Virus record (IMG/VR): IMGVR_UViG_3300043391_000302
Span: 1 to 63,053 of that record
DNA length: 63,053 bases
Source: a virus
Taxonomy: Duplodnaviria > Caudoviricetes
Strand: one strand, 5' to 3'
Numbering within the stretch: the stretch's first letter is position 1; the number at the start of each line of letters is the position of its first letter. A program made the position numbers and the translations under genes. Positions 1-9,748 of the stretch are shown in pieces. The notes beneath the pieces were generated by a model. The model was given only the letters and a program-made list of their open reading frames with translations, was not told the DNA's origin and searched no databases.

Positions 1-288
1 GATGGCGTTGGGCACTTGCAGTTAAACGGAACAATGTCATTTAGGACCAGTGCCGCAACAACTATTCCTGCCATTCACTTTCTTCCTAAGACTAACCTTA
101 TCACATCTACCTCACAGGGTGACTTGGAGACAGATAACAATGGCCTATTGTATTATAGCTATGCTGCATCAGATAGAGGTATTATGGAGACTAGTCACTA
201 CTTGGCATTGAACAACCCATATACACTAACTAACAATACCACCGCTCAGAGGATATTTGATACTGGCACTAACGGTGCTGTTTCTGTA
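1..288 (+). repeat. Terminal duplication, copy 1 (matches 62766-63053)
   Basis: 1-62 and ~182-288 are identical to the end copy; ~63-181 is divergent. Confidence 0.95.
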
Positions 289-684
289 GAGGCTTTGGCC
301 TATGAGTTTGAGATGAGATTGTATATCACTAACATGGCAACGGGTAATAACCATGCTCTAACCATAGGGTTTGCTGTAGGTGGTGGTGCATCAATAAACT
401 CTATTGGATACACCGCTATTGCCGGTAAGGGCACTGTAACAACTCCGGGTACTGCACAGGCTACTGTTGTCACTACAGCAAACGCTACTGCAATCACAAC
501 TTCCAACACAGGTAACACGGCATATACTTTTATAAAGGGTATAGTAAGGTTTAGTGCTGCAGGAACTTTTGCACCTCGTATTACATTAGGTGTAGCCTCT
601 GCTGCAATAGTTCAAACTAACTCATATTTCAAACTCACTCCGTTCGGGGGAAGCAACACAACGTCAATAGGTAACGTATCATAA
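1..684 (+). CDS. C-terminal part of long tail fibre / receptor-binding protein (continues from 58752 across the contig junction)
   Basis: Frame 1 is open from base 1 and in frame with the run-off ORF starting at 58752; Thr/Ala/Gly-rich beta-type sequence. Confidence 0.8.
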   Translation, partial: DGVGHLQLNGTMSFRTSAATTIPAIHFLPKTNLITSTSQGDLETDNNGLLYYSYAASDRGIMETSHYLALNNPYTLTNNTTAQRIFDTGTNGAVSVEALAYEFEMRLYITNMATGNNHALTIGFAVGGGASINSIGYTAIAGKGTVTTPGTAQATVVTTANATAITTSNTGNTAYTFIKGIVRFSAAGTFAPRITLGVASAAIVQTNSYFKLTPFGGSNTTSIGNVS

Positions 685-694
685 AATATATAAC

Positions 695-961
695 ATGGCA
701 AAAATTCAACCAGTAGATTACCCATTTGGGGAGGTAGCAACAGACTTAGTTGTTTATGTACAAGGTTTTAGCACAGAATCAAATACGTGCTCAATACAGT
801 ATATACTAACAACAGAAACAGGAAAACATCTTTTGACAGAAAGGTATGAACTAACTGAAGAGGAGTTCCAAGGATGGGGAGAAGATAACTCTTACATCGA
901 TCAGATTGCAGCGGCAAGGATTCCTGTAGTGGTAATTAGCGAGCCTCCTGTTGTTGAGTAA
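695..961 (+). CDS. Small acidic hypothetical protein, possible tail fibre chaperone
   Basis: 88 aa ORF directly after the fibre gene; function inferred from position only. Confidence 0.5.
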   Translation: MAKIQPVDYPFGEVATDLVVYVQGFSTESNTCSIQYILTTETGKHLLTERYELTEEEFQGWGEDNSYIDQIAAARIPVVVISEPPVVE

Positions 962-1062
962 TTCACTTCTTTGTTTTTCAAAGGCTTGTCCATGAAATTT
1001 CCATAGGGTTTTTTTTGAAGTCTCTACTAAATGCCTTAGTATTTTTGCTAAAACTTTTAACT

Positions 1063-1341
1063 ATGTTAGATTTTAACAAACCACTTAAAGGACTAGACGG
1101 CAAAGAAGTTATCGGACCAGATGAAAAACCAATCAATCTTGGACAATTCTTGGCAAGCCAGCTTGCTTCTGCAGGTAAAGGCGATGCATTGAAAATGTTC
1201 ACTTGGGCACAGAAGGTGTACAATGGAGAGGTTCTTGACCTTGATCCGAGCGATGCTTCAACATTGAAGGAATTCATTAAAGCAAATGATTCCATGACGG
1301 TGTTAGCTAAGGCTCAGCTTTTAAATGTTTTTAAAGATTAA
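1063..1341 (+). CDS. Hypothetical protein
   Basis: ATG at 1063 (MLDFNKPLKGLDG...) after an A/T-rich leader. Confidence 0.65.
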   Translation: MLDFNKPLKGLDGKEVIGPDEKPINLGQFLASQLASAGKGDALKMFTWAQKVYNGEVLDLDPSDASTLKEFIKANDSMTVLAKAQLLNVFKD

Positions 1342-1346
1342 TTAAA

Positions 1347-1601
1347 ATGTCGGATATCGTTGAGAGTAGGATTAAGGCTTATTTAACCCCGATCCTGATT
1401 ACATGCTTCGGTGCAATTTCTTGGTCGCTTATAAGCGAAATCAGAAGTGATGTCAAGCTTCTTCTTGAAGCTAATGCTCAGACTCAGGTAAAGATTCAGC
1501 AGCTTGAAAAGAGGCTGGATGGTGTTGAACACGTACTCTACTCTCAACGTATGTTCGCTTTGAAGCCAGATGAAATTGAAGTACCTAAGCGTAAAAATTA
1601 G
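1347..1601 (+). CDS. Membrane protein with coiled coil, holin candidate
   Basis: One N-terminal hydrophobic segment then a coiled coil; adjacent to the spanin. Confidence 0.45.
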   Translation: MSDIVESRIKAYLTPILITCFGAISWSLISEIRSDVKLLLEANAQTQVKIQQLEKRLDGVEHVLYSQRMFALKPDEIEVPKRKN

Positions 1602-2106
1602 CATCATCATATTGATGTTTTCCTGCAACCCTGTTAAGAAGGTGATGCAGGATACTGATAAATTTGATGTTGTTGCCAAGGAGGTAATACGCAGAGGTTA
1701 TTGTAAATCAGATACAGTTGTAGTAGTAGTTGATTCAGTTGTTTATAGAGACTCTATTATAGAGAGAATTTATAATATTCCGTGTGCAGATTTTGATACA
1801 ACGATAGGAAGAGCACGGATTTCAGTCAGGTCGGGGGTGTTAATCTACAAGTCCTCCGATTCAATAATCAAACAAACAATCATTAAGAAAATAAGGGATC
1901 TATCTGCTGAGCAGCTATTACGTTCAGACGTTGCCTACAGAGATAGTTTAATTAATGTCAGTGAGAAAAGTAATCTCAGTTTGCAAATTGCAATCAGCGA
2001 ACAGAAGGACGATACTAGAAAGTGGAAGTGGAGGTTTATAGGATTGATTGTAGCGGTGGTCTTGTTTGTTGTGGGGAAGATTGGAATTAAATTAAACAGG
2101 TTGTGA
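1570..2106 (+). CDS. Unimolecular spanin-like lipoprotein
   Basis: N-terminal lipobox-like signal (ILMFS-C), periplasmic coiled coil, C-terminal TM segment (WRFIGLIVAVVLFVVG). Confidence 0.7.
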   Translation: MKLKYLSVKISIIILMFSCNPVKKVMQDTDKFDVVAKEVIRRGYCKSDTVVVVVDSVVYRDSIIERIYNIPCADFDTTIGRARISVRSGVLIYKSSDSIIKQTIIKKIRDLSAEQLLRSDVAYRDSLINVSEKSNLSLQIAISEQKDDTRKWKWRFIGLIVAVVLFVVGKIGIKLNRL

Positions 2107-2107
2107 T

Positions 2108-2386
2108 ATGGCGCTCTTTAAGGTAATGGCAGCAAAGGATGGTAAGCACGCTTGGAAGGCTGAGGGTGTAAACCCCAAGACGGGTCGGGAGATTACATTA
2201 AAAGGTGGCGAATCTAAGCATAGAGGAAAGTGGGGGACACAGGGCGGGAAGTCTGAAGGTCAGGTAAAAAGTTATTTCGCTAGACATGCAGGAAACGACA
2301 GCCCGAAGGGATATATAAATGATTTAAACTGGAGACTTGGATCCAGAATTGGCAAAAATGTCAACATACCTAATAGTAGATTCTAA
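2108..2386 (+). CDS. Small basic conserved phage protein (DUF5754/DUF6321-like)
   Basis: SYFARH...S.KGYI.DLNW motif pattern. Confidence 0.5.
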   Translation: MALFKVMAAKDGKHAWKAEGVNPKTGREITLKGGESKHRGKWGTQGGKSEGQVKSYFARHAGNDSPKGYINDLNWRLGSRIGKNVNIPNSRF

Positions 2387-3078
2387 TGAACATTCAAGAT
2401 ATACATAACACTATTCTATTCATCCTTGATAAGGAGCAGAACGGATTCACGACTCATGAAGAGATTGATGAAATGCTGGACAATGCCCAGATGGTGTTAT
2501 TCAACCAGTACTTCAACAACCCTAAGATACCTGCATCAGCTCAACCGCAATCATACACACAGAACCAAAGAGTTCACGACAGCTTATCGGCTTTTAAAAA
2601 GCTTCAAACATTTACTACTGTTGATACTCCATCTGGAGTATTGACTTTGCCTGTTGATTTTATGAATCTTCTAAGCTTGTATACTACTTCATATAACAAC
2701 ACTTTTGGCAGGAATGTATACTCTGCTGTTCAAGTAATGCCTGAAGATGAGTTGATCATTAGACTTGAAAGTCAGGTTATCCCTGTTAGCAGTGATGAGC
2801 CTATTGCTATTATGAATAGAGAGAATAAGGTTCAGTTGTTCCCAGAGACAACCCACAATGGTGGTGTGTATTATCTAAGAAGACCAGTTGCTCCTGTGTT
2901 TGCTTACAGTCAGGTCGGGAGAACGGTTACTTATAATTCAGGAAATTCTATTCAGCTAGAGTGGAAGCCTAATGACATAATGAATATCATAACAATTGCA
3001 CTTCAGTATATCGGAATTAATCTCAGCTCTGCTGATGTTGTTCAGTACGCTGATGCTAAAGAAAAACAGGGACAGTAA
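2386..3078 (+). CDS. crAss-like tail ring / tubular (adaptor) protein
   Basis: DKEQNGF.T.EE.D..L..AQ N-terminus, LP.DF..L and YYLRRP motifs; synteny upstream of the stabilisation protein. Confidence 0.7.
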   Translation: MNIQDIHNTILFILDKEQNGFTTHEEIDEMLDNAQMVLFNQYFNNPKIPASAQPQSYTQNQRVHDSLSAFKKLQTFTTVDTPSGVLTLPVDFMNLLSLYTTSYNNTFGRNVYSAVQVMPEDELIIRLESQVIPVSSDEPIAIMNRENKVQLFPETTHNGGVYYLRRPVAPVFAYSQVGRTVTYNSGNSIQLEWKPNDIMNIITIALQYIGINLSSADVVQYADAKEKQGQ

Positions 3079-3701
3079 TGGCAACAACAAAATATAAGAT
3101 ATCGGAACAAATTCAGAGAATGATTGCTGGCAATCCTACGATTGCTTCACGTGTTCATATGAATGATATCAAGTTGTTGGTAGAGCAGGTTGCAAATCAG
3201 TTATTGAAGGCGGACTTCTTTGCTGTTAACATGCCTGACGGTGATTCTATTCCTAGCAACTGTATGATCTATACGTATGATAACGTTCCTGTTACTACAT
3301 ACAAGACAACAAGAAGTAAAGCATCACTCCCGAGCATTCCGATAAGTTTGCCTAGGAACATGGGTGTTCTTCATGTATCTAAGACTGATGCCATTGACGA
3401 GCCATTCGTTCCGATTCCTGCATCTCTTTATGGTATAATAAAACCTCAGGACTTACTTGGCGATATTTCTGGATTGATAGGGTATGAGGTGTTTGGTAAG
3501 GACATTGTATTCACTAAGAATCTGCCCGGGCTCGGGGTAAATAATGTATTCATCAGATTAGTTGGTGTTGATCTATCTCAGCTAACAGACTATGATTTGC
3601 TTCCCCTGTCTTCTGACATGGAAGGTCAGGTTGTTACTCAGGTTTATAACATACTAGTTCAGACGCCTCCTGTGGACAGATCACAAAACATTAACGAATG
3701 A
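3078..3701 (+). CDS. Tail ring / structural protein
   Basis: Translationally coupled within the ring-protein cluster. Confidence 0.6.
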   Translation: MATTKYKISEQIQRMIAGNPTIASRVHMNDIKLLVEQVANQLLKADFFAVNMPDGDSIPSNCMIYTYDNVPVTTYKTTRSKASLPSIPISLPRNMGVLHVSKTDAIDEPFVPIPASLYGIIKPQDLLGDISGLIGYEVFGKDIVFTKNLPGLGVNNVFIRLVGVDLSQLTDYDLLPLSSDMEGQVVTQVYNILVQTPPVDRSQNINE

Positions 3702-4456
3702 AGATATACACTCTAGATAAATTAGTAAGATCAGCATTGGCAGATAAACAATATCCCATGCATTGGTACCTGCAGTTTTTAAAGTATGGTATTGATGCTT
3801 TTCGTATGTTGAACTTTGATGTTCTTCGTAATGTCAAGAGTGTTAGGCTTCCTGTCAATTCATATAAGGCTGTAACCTTACCATGTGACTTTGTTGATTA
3901 CATTAGGATCGGTGATGAGATGGGGCAGTACATTACTCCGTGGGGCGAGAAAGAATCTTTTAATCGTTTGAATAAATTTGATGCAAATGGAAATAAGGTT
4001 GCCTACGGAGATATCGAAGCAAGTAACGGCTTACTCCCTGCAGACTGGGAAGGTTTCTGGTATACAAATTATACTAACGACAAAGGCGAACATCTCGGAC
4101 GAATATTCAATAATTTCTCTTCTTTTCGAAACTCTTTCCAAGTGCTCAGAGAAAGAAATGAAATACAACTAGACACTAGTTATACTGGTACAGAGATTAC
4201 AATAGACTATGTAACAGATGGTACAACTTCTGATTCAACTACAGCTATACATCCTTATGCTCATGACTGCATAGTTGCTTATATATTCTGGAAGATGAAG
4301 GAACACTCCCGATCTTATAACCTTTCAGAGAGATCTGTAGCCAAGGAAGAGTTCTACAATCAGCTTCGTGTGCTCAAGGGTAGAATGAATAACATTGACG
4401 TAAACATGATCCGTAGAAGTCTTGCTGGTGGATACGGGCCTGTCATTAGAAACTAA
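3698..4456 (+). CDS. Tail ring / structural protein (crAss-like)
   Basis: LPCDFVDYIRIG, ITIDYVTDG and IHPYA..CIVAYI motifs. Confidence 0.65.
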   Translation: MKIYTLDKLVRSALADKQYPMHWYLQFLKYGIDAFRMLNFDVLRNVKSVRLPVNSYKAVTLPCDFVDYIRIGDEMGQYITPWGEKESFNRLNKFDANGNKVAYGDIEASNGLLPADWEGFWYTNYTNDKGEHLGRIFNNFSSFRNSFQVLRERNEIQLDTSYTGTEITIDYVTDGTTSDSTTAIHPYAHDCIVAYIFWKMKEHSRSYNLSERSVAKEEFYNQLRVLKGRMNNIDVNMIRRSLAGGYGPVIRN

Positions 4457-7400
4457 TGAATACAAAGAAAATATTTCTTAACGGAATCAATCAAGATGAC
4501 GCTTATGTTCTAGTGGACAAGAGCGAATATCTTAATGCGGTAAACCTAAGGTTTGCAACAAGTGAATATGGTAAGGCTGGACAGCTTTCTAATATTGAAA
4601 GTAATGTAATTAAGAATGCTACTATTGACGGAACTTTTGCTTTACCTGCTGGAACCAATCAATGTATCGGAGCTTATGAAGACACTGCAAATAGAAGAGT
4701 GTTTTTCTTCGTAAGGAATAATAATATTGTTGGTGAAGGAAGCTATGGTCATGGCATCTATTGTTACGATGCTGACACAGATTTGGTTTATACTGTTCTT
4801 TTAGATGGACAAGTTTCAGATAGTAATGGTTATAGTTATGGATTGAGGTTCAATAGTTTTATCCATTCTATCGCCATGGTTGATAATTTACTATACTGGA
4901 CTGATGGCGTAAACCAGCAGCGGAGAATAAATGTAGAAGCTGCTATTAAGATGAATCACCCAAGCTATTCTACTTCGGTTGCCGCATATACAATTCCTGT
5001 ATCATTAAGTGTTATCACACTAATAAGAAATCAACCTTGGGTACCTTTAACTATTAATAAGGTTACTGATGTAACCTATGTAAACAACTTTATCAAAGAT
5101 GAGGCATTTCAGTTTGCCTATAGGTTTGTTTATAGGGATGGTGAGGTCAGTACGTTTTCTCCTTTGTCTAAGCTTGCCAATTATAATCTAGCTTCTAGTA
5201 ATTCAAATGCTATTGATGTTACTATTCCTATTGCTCAGAAGATTGAGCAGGATGTTAAGAGAGTTGAGATTGCGGTAAAGTTTGCGCTCGGGGGATCAAT
5301 GTCTGTTATCAAAACTTTTACTACTGGGTTCTCTTCGCATAATTCAGGAACAGCAATAACATTTAGATTTTATAATGATACTGTAGGTGCAGCTGTAGAT
5401 TCAGTAAGTGCAATCAAGCAGTTTGATTCTATCCCCCGAACATCGAAAACATTGGAAATCGCCAAGAATAGATTGTTCTTAGGTAATAATGTGGATGGAT
5501 ATGATACTCCAACAACAACATCTCTAACGGTATCTACTGCTACTGCAGGCGCTGCCTCTGTATCAGGACAGTGGTATAAGGTTGTATACAGAAGTGGAGG
5601 CGTTACAATTACAAGATACTGGCTATACATTACAGACATCACAACCAATCCCGGTTATTATGTTCCTGCGTCTCAGCCATCTCTTCCAATACCATCAACA
5701 AGTGTTGACTATACTACTTTAACATTTGCAGGCGGAGGTATTAGTACTATTGCTACATATCTAGGCGTACCTGTTTCTGATGTGCTGGCCCTACAATATC
5801 AAGGCCCGACTATTAATATAACAAATGCAACAGCTTCTTCTGTTGTGGGATCTCTTGCTTTCAAGAGTGATGCTACATACAGAGCTGGAGTTGTATTCTT
5901 TGATGAGGCAGGAAGAAAGAGTGGTGTTGTTACAAGTGAATCTATAAAGGCGGTGACACCAGACAGGAATTATTCTACGGTTTCTTTTGTAACGCAGATT
6001 AACTGGTCTTTGGACAATAACAATAATCCAGCTGCGCAGATACCTGATTGGGCAACACATTACGCCATCGTTAGGACTAAGTGTTTAAGGACAAGCTTCT
6101 TTGCTCAGTTGAGAGCTGATGCTATAAAGTATATTCCAAAAGACGCTACTACTGGTGAATATGGAGCACTAACAGATTCATATTTATCTACTCACTTTGG
6201 TGTTGCAGTTAAGGCATCAAGTTTATTTAGTAACGGACTTGGTTATGCTTATCAAGAAGGGGATATTTTAAAGTTATATGTATCTGGCGGGTCAACATAT
6301 AGTTTAGCTGTTAAAGATACATATGGTGAATATATTGTTTGTGATTTAGTAAATCTTGGAACTACTACATCTACAGCTGCTTTGTATGAAGTTTACTCTC
6401 CATATGTCGGAAGTTCTAACGAACCATACTTTGAGGTTGGAGATATTTATAAGATTGATCATCCCGGAGAGAACACAAGAAAGTTCAGTGTCATCTCTGG
6501 ATCTTTAAGAGGTGATGTTTATATTTTACAGAGAACAATACCATCAACACACTTGGTTGAAGCAATGTCACCAAATGATAAGTATTGGAAGAACTGGTTA
6601 ACGGATATTGGAAGGACAACAATAGTGATCAGCTCGGGGGTAACATCAAAGCCAGTAAGTGTTTATTATTCTAACGTCATACTTCAGGGAACAGAGACAA
6701 ACGGCCTAAGCACATTTGAACCATTATCTCAAACTAACCTCCCAATAGAACTTAAACAATTACAGAGACTGCTATTAACTTCTAAGGTTCAGATGGATGG
6801 CACTATCATGCTTGCAGTTGGTGAACAAGAGACAGCCTCAGTTTATATAGGCGAAGCTCAGATATTTGATAACTCTGGGAATTCGTTCTTAGCTACAACA
6901 ACTGGCGTGATTGGGAATGTTAATGTATTAAGGGGAAGCTATGGTACGGTAAACCCAGAGAGTGCGTACAAGTGGAAGGGTGATGTTGTTTACTTCGATG
7001 CTAATAAAGGAACATGGGTTAGGTACAGTTCTAATGGATTGTTCCCTATTTCTATAAATAAAATGGCTAGCTACTTTAGAAGAGTTGGTCAGGATATTAT
7101 ATCTTATTTCAAAGATCCTACTGAATATAATTTAGCTAACCCCGAACTGCCTCTTCGTGTGATCGGTGGTGCTGATCCTTATCATGAGGAGTTCTTATGT
7201 TATACTCCTAAGATGTTTGTTTCGCCTAGAAATACACAGCTTGAGGATATGGAACTATCTACTCAGCAGATAGAGTTTACAACAGCAGCTGAGTCTATTA
7301 CTTTGTCAAACTACAGCTTGACATTTTCTTATCTGCAAGGCTCTGGCCCATCTTCGTTTGCTGCAGTAACATATACTGGAGAAAGAATTATAATGAATGG

Positions 7401-8259
7401 TAGTGTAACTATAAATGGCACTACAGACTTTGAAGTCTCAAAGGATGCTATATCTTTTTCTTCAAGTATTACTTATCCTTATACAGGAATATCAAGTTCT
7501 AATACTTTTTTCATTAGGATGAAGTCTGGAAGAACTGGTGGTAGCTACGGTCCACAAAATGTAAATGTAGTTTTCCCTGTTATTGGCGGTACTTCATCTT
7601 TTAGTATTAATTGCACAGGTACTGTATCTGTGCCTGTTACTCCTACAATTGTAACAAACACATCAGTGTTGGGTGGATTTACATATGTTAATGGAAGTGG
7701 TCCATCGGCGGTGCAGTCGTTTACAATCTCTGCATCTAACCTGACACCTGCTTCTGGAAATATTACAATCACTCCTCCTGCAGACTTTGAGGTTTCGGTG
7801 ACTTCATCAACAACTGGTTTCTCTAGCTCTCCTGTTACCAGAGCTTACACTGCAGGTGGAACGCTTGCTGCTAATACGGTTTGGGTGAGATTGAAAGCTG
7901 GTCTAACTACAGGAGGCTATAGCTCTCAGTTGATAGAAGTGTCTGGTGGTGGAGCAACAACAGTTAATATAACATGTAATGGTATTGTCTACTCAAGTGG
8001 ATCTCCAACAATATATGCATACCCAAGTAGCGGTTATGGTAATTCTGAATCAGAGGCTTGTTCAATGGCTTCTACTGGATTAACAACACTAACATCCACT
8101 AGTGACTCTAGTACGTTTGGTCCGGGTTCTGTGGTTTATATAAATCCTGCAGGTACTTCGCTATTAACTGGATATACGCACATATTTATGAATGGCGCCA
8201 ATTGGGATATAGATCCTATGAATGGTGTTGTTATTGCTTACTCTTTAACTCAGTGCTAA
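4456..8259 (+). CDS. Tail stabilisation (muzzle; P22 gp10-like) protein, N-terminal part, with C-terminal Ig-like extension
   Basis: EYLNAVNLR, LYWTDG..QRRIN, FQFAYRFVYRDGE.S.FSP, NRLFLGN..DGY and YRAGVVFFDEAGR motifs of crAss-like stabilisation proteins. Confidence 0.8.
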   Translation: MNTKKIFLNGINQDDAYVLVDKSEYLNAVNLRFATSEYGKAGQLSNIESNVIKNATIDGTFALPAGTNQCIGAYEDTANRRVFFFVRNNNIVGEGSYGHGIYCYDADTDLVYTVLLDGQVSDSNGYSYGLRFNSFIHSIAMVDNLLYWTDGVNQQRRINVEAAIKMNHPSYSTSVAAYTIPVSLSVITLIRNQPWVPLTINKVTDVTYVNNFIKDEAFQFAYRFVYRDGEVSTFSPLSKLANYNLASSNSNAIDVTIPIAQKIEQDVKRVEIAVKFALGGSMSVIKTFTTGFSSHNSGTAITFRFYNDTVGAAVDSVSAIKQFDSIPRTSKTLEIAKNRLFLGNNVDGYDTPTTTSLTVSTATAGAASVSGQWYKVVYRSGGVTITRYWLYITDITTNPGYYVPASQPSLPIPSTSVDYTTLTFAGGGISTIATYLGVPVSDVLALQYQGPTINITNATASSVVGSLAFKSDATYRAGVVFFDEAGRKSGVVTSESIKAVTPDRNYSTVSFVTQINWSLDNNNNPAAQIPDWATHYAIVRTKCLRTSFFAQLRADAIKYIPKDATTGEYGALTDSYLSTHFGVAVKASSLFSNGLGYAYQEGDILKLYVSGGSTYSLAVKDTYGEYIVCDLVNLGTTTSTAALYEVYSPYVGSSNEPYFEVGDIYKIDHPGENTRKFSVISGSLRGDVYILQRTIPSTHLVEAMSPNDKYWKNWLTDIGRTTIVISSGVTSKPVSVYYSNVILQGTETNGLSTFEPLSQTNLPIELKQLQRLLLTSKVQMDGTIMLAVGEQETASVYIGEAQIFDNSGNSFLATTTGVIGNVNVLRGSYGTVNPESAYKWKGDVVYFDANKGTWVRYSSNGLFPISINKMASYFRRVGQDIISYFKDPTEYNLANPELPLRVIGGADPYHEEFLCYTPKMFVSPRNTQLEDMELSTQQIEFTTAAESITLSNYSLTFSYLQGSGPSSFAAVTYTGERIIMNGSVTINGTTDFEVSKDAISFSSSITYPYTGISSSNTFFIRMKSGRTGGSYGPQNVNVVFPVIGGTSSFSINCTGTVSVPVTPTIVTNTSVLGGFTYVNGSGPSAVQSFTISASNLTPASGNITITPPADFEVSVTSSTTGFSSSPVTRAYTAGGTLAANTVWVRLKAGLTTGGYSSQLIEVSGGGATTVNITCNGIVYSSGSPTIYAYPSSGYGNSESEACSMASTGLTTLTSTSDSSTFGPGSVVYINPAGTSLLTGYTHIFMNGANWDIDPMNGVVIAYSLTQC

Positions 8260-9029
8260 TGCCATATACAGAAATTACCATAACAGTAAAACGTGAGAGT
8301 GCCTACAAGATAGCAGCGCCTGCTAATACGCAGGTATATTATAACAACAGAAAAGTTTATGGTTCGGGGGCTAGTGGTTATTTTATTGGCGATGAATCCA
8401 ATACGCTAATAATAGAAACTGCAACTAATCAAACAGCAGTAGTATTTATCACTGAGATTCTAAGAAACTACTATGATGCATATGATGGTCAGGGTGGGGT
8501 GATGTGCTATCAGCCAGCAATCGATAAGTGGACATCAAGATATTCATACAGGCCTGAGTGGTTTAGTATGGTTGGCAACAGGCTTGTTACATTCAAAGCT
8601 GGTATGCCCTACATCCACAACAGCAACAACTATAATAGGTTCTACGGAACTACCTATGACTCTGTAATTGACTTTGTTCATAGTGATGCGGGTAGTCAGA
8701 TTAAGTCTTATACCAATGTTGGTGTAGAGGGATCTGTGCCAAGCATTATGCATTGCAGAACTGAGGTTCCAAATGTACAGAGTACAGACCTAAGGTCAAC
8801 AGACTTTGAATTAAAAGAGGGTGTTAATTATGCTCCGCTTTACAGGGATAGACTAAGCCCAAATGTAACTGGGGTTTATGATGTGAAGCTTTACAAGGGC
8901 GACAGGATCAAGGGAGAAGTTGCTCTTTTTCAGGGTGTCTTTTTAGCAGGTACCTCTAATAAAATATTGAAATTTGTAAACATCACTTTTGCCCCTTCTC
9001 GTGGGCATAGTACACAAAACGAACAGTAA
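8259..9029 (+). CDS. C-terminal portion of tail stabilisation protein encoded as a separate gene
   Basis: TAATG overlap with the upstream gene; WTSRYSYRPE, TFKAG..YIHN, FYG..YDS and FELKEG motifs normally end the stabilisation protein. Confidence 0.7.
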   Translation: MPYTEITITVKRESAYKIAAPANTQVYYNNRKVYGSGASGYFIGDESNTLIIETATNQTAVVFITEILRNYYDAYDGQGGVMCYQPAIDKWTSRYSYRPEWFSMVGNRLVTFKAGMPYIHNSNNYNRFYGTTYDSVIDFVHSDAGSQIKSYTNVGVEGSVPSIMHCRTEVPNVQSTDLRSTDFELKEGVNYAPLYRDRLSPNVTGVYDVKLYKGDRIKGEVALFQGVFLAGTSNKILKFVNITFAPSRGHSTQNEQ

Positions 9030-9736
9030 TGATTGGATCTACTCTTTACGGCTTTATAACTGGCGGAAAGATGCTTAAGGAGGCTAGGGGAATTAAGCCT
9101 GTTGAAGCTGATTATGATAAAATATCTAGGCAACAACTAGACCCTTCTAATCCTGCTGCTCAGTTTCAGGGTATGGCTCAGATGCAATTAAACGCTCGTA
9201 ATCCATTCGCTGCTGCTCAGCAGAGAGGAATACTAGGGAGTCAAGCAAATGCCATGTCTGGTGCACAGAGAGCGGTTACAGATCCTTCTCAGGCTCTTGC
9301 TTTGACTGCAGCTCTTCAGGCAAATACTGATCAAGCTTTGTTTGGTCAAGCTGGTCAAGAGCAACAAGATTATCAAAGAAGATTTTCTAACCTAGCTGGT
9401 GCGCTTCAGAATAGAACAGATGAGAATAGGTTCCGTTTTGGTACTGCATTCCAGAAGTATCAAATGGATATGGACAGGAAGATGGCTTTGCAAAATGCAG
9501 GTAGACAAAGTCAGATGCAGGCAATTAAAGGACTTGAGGATGGAGCTATAAAGATAGCAGGTATGCTTCTCAATCCTGCTGGAGCGGCAGCTGGTGCAGC
9601 TAACAGTGCAGCTAGTAGTGCAGCGGGATCTGCTGGGCAAATGAGCAGTGTTGCTAACCAGTTCGGGGGAGGTCAATATGGTTTCTCTAATAGTCTTCTT
9701 TATCAACCGAAAGGAATACGAGGAATGGTTGGCTAA
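9029..9736 (+). CDS. Internal virion / ejection protein
   Basis: Q/A/G-rich helical protein following the tail genes. Confidence 0.6.
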   Translation: MIGSTLYGFITGGKMLKEARGIKPVEADYDKISRQQLDPSNPAAQFQGMAQMQLNARNPFAAAQQRGILGSQANAMSGAQRAVTDPSQALALTAALQANTDQALFGQAGQEQQDYQRRFSNLAGALQNRTDENRFRFGTAFQKYQMDMDRKMALQNAGRQSQMQAIKGLEDGAIKIAGMLLNPAGAAAGAANSAASSAAGSAGQMSSVANQFGGGQYGFSNSLLYQPKGIRGMVG

Positions 9737-9748
9737 TAATATTAATTT

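Noticed and set aside
63-181. Diversity-generating retroelement (TR/VR pair) from the two divergent fibre copies
   Set aside because: Differences are not adenine-specific, many are synonymous, and no reverse transcriptase is present.
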